From Kiritimatiellia bacterium (GTDB lineage Bacteria > Verrucomicrobiota > Kiritimatiellia > RFP12 > DVOR01), in contig JAFXKZ010000001.1 in the NCBI GenBank assembly GCA_017531445.1, positions 1,522 to 65,521 on the forward strand: a DNA stretch of 64,000 nucleotides, written 5' to 3'. Below the pieces are notes generated by a model. That model did not search any database, was not told where the DNA came from, and saw nothing but the letters and a program-made list of their open reading frames with translations. The position numbers and the translations under genes are program-made. Positions 59,031-64,000 of the stretch are shown here, one piece after another. Numbering within the stretch: position 1 is the stretch's first letter; the number at the start of each line of letters is the position of its first letter.

Positions 59031-59783
59031 TTACCGATCCTCAAGGTAGTGCAATCGCAATTTGCCCAAAAGGTCTTCGCCGAAGCCTTCCAAGTCCACG
59101 CTGACGGCTTCAAGTTTGCTCTGCAAAAGGTTGTAGCCGATTGTCGATGGGATCGCCACCACCAAACCAACGACCGTGGTTAACAGTGCCGAAGAGATAC
59201 CGGGGGCCAACTGGGCGATATCCGCACTGCCGCTGGCCGCCATCGCCTGAAAGGCGTACATCACACCCCAGACGGTGCCGAAAAGCCCCATCAGCGGTGC
59301 CGAACTGGTGAAAATGGCAATCCAGGTCATTTCTGAACCGTTGAGCCGGACGCACGCTTCTTCAATCGTGTGAACGCAGACCGATTCCACCAAATCCATC
59401 TGCTTGCGCGTTAAACTGAGGCGATACGTGGGGTCGAGGTGCATTTTCTGGCGTTGTTCCACAGGGACCAATGCCGCCAGACGTTCACAGCTGTTGGCAT
59501 AAATCTGACCGATGGGTGTATCGGTGAGCGTCTGCAACTGGTGCGCATTCTCCACGAAAATCTCCAGCGGGTCGTTCGTCCGCACAAAGGCATCGACAAA
59601 TTGTGCCGACCGCGCACTGACCTCTGCGAGTTTCACTTTCTTGCTGAGCATCATTCCCCATGAGCAAATGCTCATCACAATCTGCGCGATGACAATGCAC
59701 TGCCCCATGAAGTCCGAGTCGGCAAAAGCACGAAATGGTCCCAGCGAGCCGATATTCAAAAGAAGCAAATCTGCCGGTATCAT
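59031..59783 (-). CDS. TolQ/ExbB protein
   Basis: APLMGLFGTVWGVM, LAPGISSALLTTVVGL..AIP. Confidence 0.92.
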   Translation of the reverse strand: MIPADLLLLNIGSLGPFRAFADSDFMGQCIVIAQIVMSICSWGMMLSKKVKLAEVSARSAQFVDAFVRTNDPLEIFVENAHQLQTLTDTPIGQIYANSCERLAALVPVEQRQKMHLDPTYRLSLTRKQMDLVESVCVHTIEEACVRLNGSEMTWIAIFTSSAPLMGLFGTVWGVMYAFQAMAASGSADIAQLAPGISSALLTTVVGLVVAIPSTIGYNLLQSKLEAVSVDLEGFGEDLLGKLRLHYLEDR

Positions 59784-59786
59784 TGC

Positions 59787-61496
59787 TTAAATCCTCTCGG
59801 GAGTGGGGATGCCCAGCAGGGTTAAGCCGCCGCGCAACACCTTGGAAACGGCGTCGCACAGACGGATGCGGCTGTCGCGCACTTCCGGCTCGGCCTTCAG
59901 GACGGGCGAACTCTGGTAGAAACTGCTGTAGAGCTGGCTCAACTGGTAGAGATAGTCGGCAAGGATGCTCGGCTTGCAGAGATCACCCGCCCGCTGCACG
60001 GTGTTGGGATATTGCAGCAGATGCAGGGCGAGCGACTTCTCGGCATCGGTGCCGAGCACGAGCGGATGCGCGGAGGGATCTTCGCCGGTCGCGGCGCGGT
60101 ATTTATCCAAAAGCGAATTCAACCGTGCATTGGCATATTGCAGATAGGGCCCGCTATTGCCTTCGAGCGCGAGCGCACGCTCCCAGGTGAAGACAATCAT
60201 TGTCGTGGGATCGTGCGAGAGATCGGCATACTTGATGGCACCGATTCCGATAGCTTCTGCCAATGCTGCACGTGCAGTGTCGCTCCAATCCGGATGACTC
60301 TCGTCCACGATTTTCCGTGCGCGTGCGGCTGCTTCATCCAGCAGGGTTTCCAATTTGATGACATTACCCTGACGCGTGGAGAACGTCCCTTCCGGAAGAC
60401 GCATCAACCCAAAATAGACGTGCTGTAACACTGTCTTGGCGCAGTAGCCGAGCTTGGCGCAGATGGCAAAAAACTGCTTGAAGTGCAGCTGCTGACGATC
60501 GTCGGTGACGTAAATAATCCGTGCAGGGGCAAAGGATTCGGTGCGGTCTTTCACCGTGGCGATATCGGTGGAGGTGTAGTTGAAGCCGCCATCGCGTTTG
60601 CGCACAATGGCCACTTCCAGCCCTTCGTCTTTCATGTCTACAATCCATGCGCCCTCGCTCTGGGTGGCGAGTCCTTTTTCTTTGAGCGTTTCCACCACGG
60701 GAGCGAGCATCGGCTGATAGTAACTTTCACCCCGGTAAAGATCAAAGTGGACGTCCAAGCGGTCGTAGATGCGCCCGAATTCTTTCAGCGAAATCTCAAT
60801 AAAGCGTTTCCACACCGCCAGATTCTCTGCATTGCCTGCCTGCAAACGCACAAGCTCTTCGCGGCATTGTTCCAACCACGCCGGGTCTTCCTTTGTGGCG
60901 TTGTAGCTCTTCACATACACCTTTTCAAGCAGTTCCACCGTGAGATTGTCGCGCTCTTCTTCGGTGAGGAAATGACGGTATCCCATGATGAGAATGCCGA
61001 ATTGCGTCCCCCAGTCGCCCAAATGATTGTCGGCGATAACCTCATATCCCAGTGCCCGCAGGATGCGGTCAATCGCATTGCCGATGACGGTGCTGCGGAT
61101 ATGACCGATGTGCATCGGTTTGGCCACGTTGGGTGATGAATAATCGATGACCACCTTTTCTCCCGCGCCGCTCTGGGCGATGCCGAGATGGGCATCTTGT
61201 GCAAGGGCGCAAACACCGGCGGCCACGGCCGATTTTGAAAGCGTCAGATTGATAAATCCCGGACCTGCCACTTCGGCTTTTTCCAATATCTCCGGAAGGG
61301 GAAGAGCGCGGATCACCTCTTCGGCCAATGCGCGTGGATTTTTCCCGGCACGTTTTGCAATTCCCATGGCATCATTGCACTGCCAATCCCCAAAACGCGT
61401 ATCTTTCGAGGGCACGACCTTGCCTCCGCCGCATCCCGGCACCACTGCCTCAAATGCTTCACTCAACCACTTTTTTGCAAGACCTTCGCAATCCAT
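59787..61496 (-). CDS. argS: Arginyl-tRNA synthetase
   Basis: FGDWQCN, AGPGFIN, DYSSPNVAKPMHIGH, HLGDWGTQFG, GNSGPYLQYA; alternative GTG start at 61544. Confidence 0.96.
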   Translation of the reverse strand: MDCEGLAKKWLSEAFEAVVPGCGGGKVVPSKDTRFGDWQCNDAMGIAKRAGKNPRALAEEVIRALPLPEILEKAEVAGPGFINLTLSKSAVAAGVCALAQDAHLGIAQSGAGEKVVIDYSSPNVAKPMHIGHIRSTVIGNAIDRILRALGYEVIADNHLGDWGTQFGILIMGYRHFLTEEERDNLTVELLEKVYVKSYNATKEDPAWLEQCREELVRLQAGNAENLAVWKRFIEISLKEFGRIYDRLDVHFDLYRGESYYQPMLAPVVETLKEKGLATQSEGAWIVDMKDEGLEVAIVRKRDGGFNYTSTDIATVKDRTESFAPARIIYVTDDRQQLHFKQFFAICAKLGYCAKTVLQHVYFGLMRLPEGTFSTRQGNVIKLETLLDEAAARARKIVDESHPDWSDTARAALAEAIGIGAIKYADLSHDPTTMIVFTWERALALEGNSGPYLQYANARLNSLLDKYRAATGEDPSAHPLVLGTDAEKSLALHLLQYPNTVQRAGDLCKPSILADYLYQLSQLYSSFYQSSPVLKAEPEVRDSRIRLCDAVSKVLRGGLTLLGIPTPERI

Positions 61497-61790
61497 CTTC
61501 TTCTGCTCCTGAAACTCGGATAATCTTTGTCGGCAAATAAACACGCCGATATTCTACCACAATCGGCGCACGGACACACGCGCCTACGCGTAAAAAGATG
61601 CAACTGTTGTGTCCGTTTCCGGCACTTCCGCTGCGCGGACAAGGTTTTGCTGCTTCACTCTTGCCGTACATTTCGTCTTCAGTCCGTTGCACGCTTCTGG
61701 GCAAAAGTGGCGGAGGATTAAGCCCGTCTGAAGAATAAAATAACCCGTTGCGCCAGAATGATAAATCTTCGTTTCCGCGTGGTGCGGCAG

Positions 61791-61895
61791 CACGTCCGCC
61801 GGAAGCCCTGTGCAACATGGGCGATACTGCCGCGCAACATGGGCGACTTTCGCCGTCATTATCGCCGATATCCGCCGTGCGTTTCGCCCATGTTG
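61791..61895. repeat. 22-bp phased pseudo-palindrome array H
   Basis: Cores at 61797, 61819, 61841, 61863, 61885. Confidence 0.88.
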
Positions 61896-61955
61896 CGCTT
61901 CGGCTTCCCGGGCAGTTTTTCCCATCCGCGTCGTGCGCCGCTTTCCATCGGTGCG

Positions 61956-62061
61956 GACACGTCTTTCAGAGCCCTGCGTTTCCAGTGCAACCTACGCTGA
62001 AAATCAATCCTTTTGCCGGATGAAGACTCGCCTTTCAGTGCCCTGCGTCTCCTATTGCAAC
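61956..62061. repeat. Pair of 36-37 bp imperfect direct repeats
   Basis: GACACGTCTTTCAGAGCCCTGCGTTTCCAGTGCAAC (61956) and GACTCGCCTTTCAGTGCCCTGCGTCTCCTATTGCAAC (62025). Confidence 0.7.
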
Positions 62062-62195
62062 GGCATCTCTTTTTCAAACGGGAAAGTGCAGTTTAATGTT
62101 GCAAGATGCGGATAAAAGGAGTAACATATTGATGAGGGTAGTTATTGTGTTGACGATTCCTTCAAATCCGTTTTCAATCAGAAAGTGTTTGGATT

Positions 62196-63389
62196 ATGTC
62201 GAAGCAACAGAAAAAACTCAAAGTCGCGATGGTCGGTGGCGGAATGGATTCGCTCGCCGGACGGATGCATCGTGCTGCGATTGAGGCGAGCGGTTGCTTG
62301 GAGCTCGTCTGCGGCGCATTCGGATCAACCCGTCAACGGTCAATCGAAACGGGGAAAGCATTGGGGTTGGAGCCGATGCGTGTCTATGGTGTTTACCGCG
62401 ATATGTTTCGTCGGGAATCGCGGATGACTGCGGAAGAGCGGGTGGATTTGGTGACGGTCATTGCGCCGAATAATATGCACTATCCGGTGACGATGGCGGC
62501 GTTTGATGCGGGTTTTCCGGTGTTTTCGGAGAAGCCGATGAGCTGCAATATGGATGAGGCGCAGAATCTGAAGCGTCGCACGTTGATGAGCAAAGAGTTG
62601 TATGCTACAGCGTATGTCTTTCCGTTTTATCCGGCGTTGAAGCAATTGCGCACCTTTGTATCGGAAGGCGGCATCGGTAATTTGCGCCGTGTGGATGTGC
62701 GTTATTACCACGGATGGATGGGGGTGCGCCTTGAGACAGCCGGCAGTCGCAGTGCCTCGTGGCGCGTGGATGCGAAGCGTTGCGGCGCGGCCGGAGCCAT
62801 CTATGACTTGGCCGGTTCGTGTGCGTTTCTGGCAGAGTGGGCGACAGGTCTGGAAATGTCGGCCCTGTGTGCCGTTGGTCGTCCGGCGGTGGCCGGGCGG
62901 CTCCTGGATGACGATGCTACCGTGTTGCTGCGTTTCAACAATGGCGCGCTGGGCATGATTGCCGTCAGTCAGATTGCTTTGGGCGAGGCAGACGGTGTGC
63001 AGCTTTCACTTTATGGCGACAAAGGTTCGGTGCATTGGCAGCAGGCTTCCGGAAACACATGGACGGTGGTAACCGCAGACGGCAAAGCGACCACAAAAAC
63101 TGTGCGCAACGCACCTGTGCCAACACGCGGTGCGAACCGTTTTGCAGAGCCGTATGGAGATGATGCCGCCTACGTGGCCGCGCTGACTGCAAACTACCGG
63201 GATTTCGCTGCGGAAATCATCGCTGCCCGCGCCGGAAAAACCGCGAAGACCAGTTATGTAAATGTGGATGCTGCGCTGCGTATTGCGACGTTCAACGATC
63301 TGGCTTATCGCAGCATGGTCTTTACATCAGAGGGGCGGCAGGAGAAATGGACAGCCTTCAATGTGCCTGAGGTTGTGCTGTTAAGTTGA
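62196..63389 (+). CDS. Gfo/Idh/MocA family oxidoreductase
   Basis: KVAMVGGG, APNNMH, SEKPM, GAIYDL. Confidence 0.9.
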   Translation: MSKQQKKLKVAMVGGGMDSLAGRMHRAAIEASGCLELVCGAFGSTRQRSIETGKALGLEPMRVYGVYRDMFRRESRMTAEERVDLVTVIAPNNMHYPVTMAAFDAGFPVFSEKPMSCNMDEAQNLKRRTLMSKELYATAYVFPFYPALKQLRTFVSEGGIGNLRRVDVRYYHGWMGVRLETAGSRSASWRVDAKRCGAAGAIYDLAGSCAFLAEWATGLEMSALCAVGRPAVAGRLLDDDATVLLRFNNGALGMIAVSQIALGEADGVQLSLYGDKGSVHWQQASGNTWTVVTADGKATTKTVRNAPVPTRGANRFAEPYGDDAAYVAALTANYRDFAAEIIAARAGKTAKTSYVNVDAALRIATFNDLAYRSMVFTSEGRQEKWTAFNVPEVVLLS

Positions 63390-63413
63390 AACCCTTTGCA
63401 TGAATATCACATT

Positions 63414-63445
63414 GCCGCGGCGTGAAAATGCTCCGCGGCTTTTTT
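63414..63445 (+). terminator. Intrinsic terminator
   Basis: GCCGCGG...CCGCGGC followed by TTTTTT. Confidence 0.65.
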
Positions 63446-63455
63446 GGAGAAGCAG

Positions 63456-64000
63456 ATGACGTGCCATCAGATTGCGGCATTGCTGGATGCGGAGTTGAAT
63501 CCGGCCGCCTACAAAGATGTCTCAAACAACGGTCTTCAAGTGGAAAATACCGGAGAGATTTCGGTTGTGGCAACGGCCGTGGATGCTTCGATAGAGACCT
63601 TTGAAGCAGCATCGCGTTTCGGCGCACAAATGGTAATTGTCCACCATGGGCTCTCGTGGGGCGGGTCGTTGGCACGGATCACCGGGCTGAATTACCGCTT
63701 GATTTCCTGCGCAATACGGTTGAATCTGGCGGTTTACGGGATGCACTTGCCGCTGGATGCGCATCCGGTATTGGGCAATAATGCGCAGCTTGTCCGTGCG
63801 CTCGGGTTGCAAGACGTGACGCGGTTTATGGACTATCACGGGCAGAAGATCGGCTATTGCGGTGTGTTGCCGGAGCCGCTTCCGCGCGAAGCGTTTGCAG
63901 CACTTGTGAAACAGGTGGTGAAATCTCCCCGTATTGAATGTTTGGAATTCGGCACACCTGTCATCCGTTCGGTCGGGGTGTGTTCCGGAGGCGCACCGGA
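63456..64000 (+). CDS. Nif3/YbgI dinuclear metal-centre protein (3' truncated; absent from the ORF track)
   Basis: Manual translation: MTCHQIAALLD...DVSNNGLQVE...AVDAS...VHHGL...HLPLDAHPVLGNN...CSGGA; GGAGA RBS. Confidence 0.9.
   Translation, partial: MTCHQIAALLDAELNPAAYKDVSNNGLQVENTGEISVVATAVDASIETFEAASRFGAQMVIVHHGLSWGGSLARITGLNYRLISCAIRLNLAVYGMHLPLDAHPVLGNNAQLVRALGLQDVTRFMDYHGQKIGYCGVLPEPLPREAFAALVKQVVKSPRIECLEFGTPVIRSVGVCSGGAP

Overview
GC-rich chromosomal window from a diderm bacterium. PEP-CTERM proteins, multiple ExbBD/TolQR sets, a pseudopilin, an FHA protein and a Ser/Thr kinase suggest the PVC superphylum, possibly Kiritimatiellota/Lentisphaerota (inference only). It holds about 50 CDS. 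Housekeeping genes include gyrB, ribBA-ribH-nusB-pyrD behind an FMN riboswitch, argS-tolQR-ftsK-rodZ-like-nadD-rsfS-lysA, recQ, cysK and comEC. Sugar genes are a GH2 beta-galactosidase, galE, galM and an SSS transporter. Surface-glycan loci are a TagF-GT2-TagF fusion plus GT4, and an AlgI/AlgX-like O-acetylation pair. There is also a PerR-rubrerythrin pair, an ExbB-ExbD-TonB-like-M60 peptidase operon and a duplicated tRNA-Gly/tRNA-Lys pair. No cas gene, transposase or integrase was seen. The main unexplained signal is non-coding: nine intergenic regions carry arrays of a 17-bp pseudo-palindrome (about SAA-NNT-SGSCS-ANN-TTS) at a strict 22-23 bp pitch in mixed orientation, which looks like a family of helically phased protein-binding arrays. 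Two surface-related promoters also have G/C homopolymers inside an exact 17-bp -35/-10 spacer (candidate phase variation).
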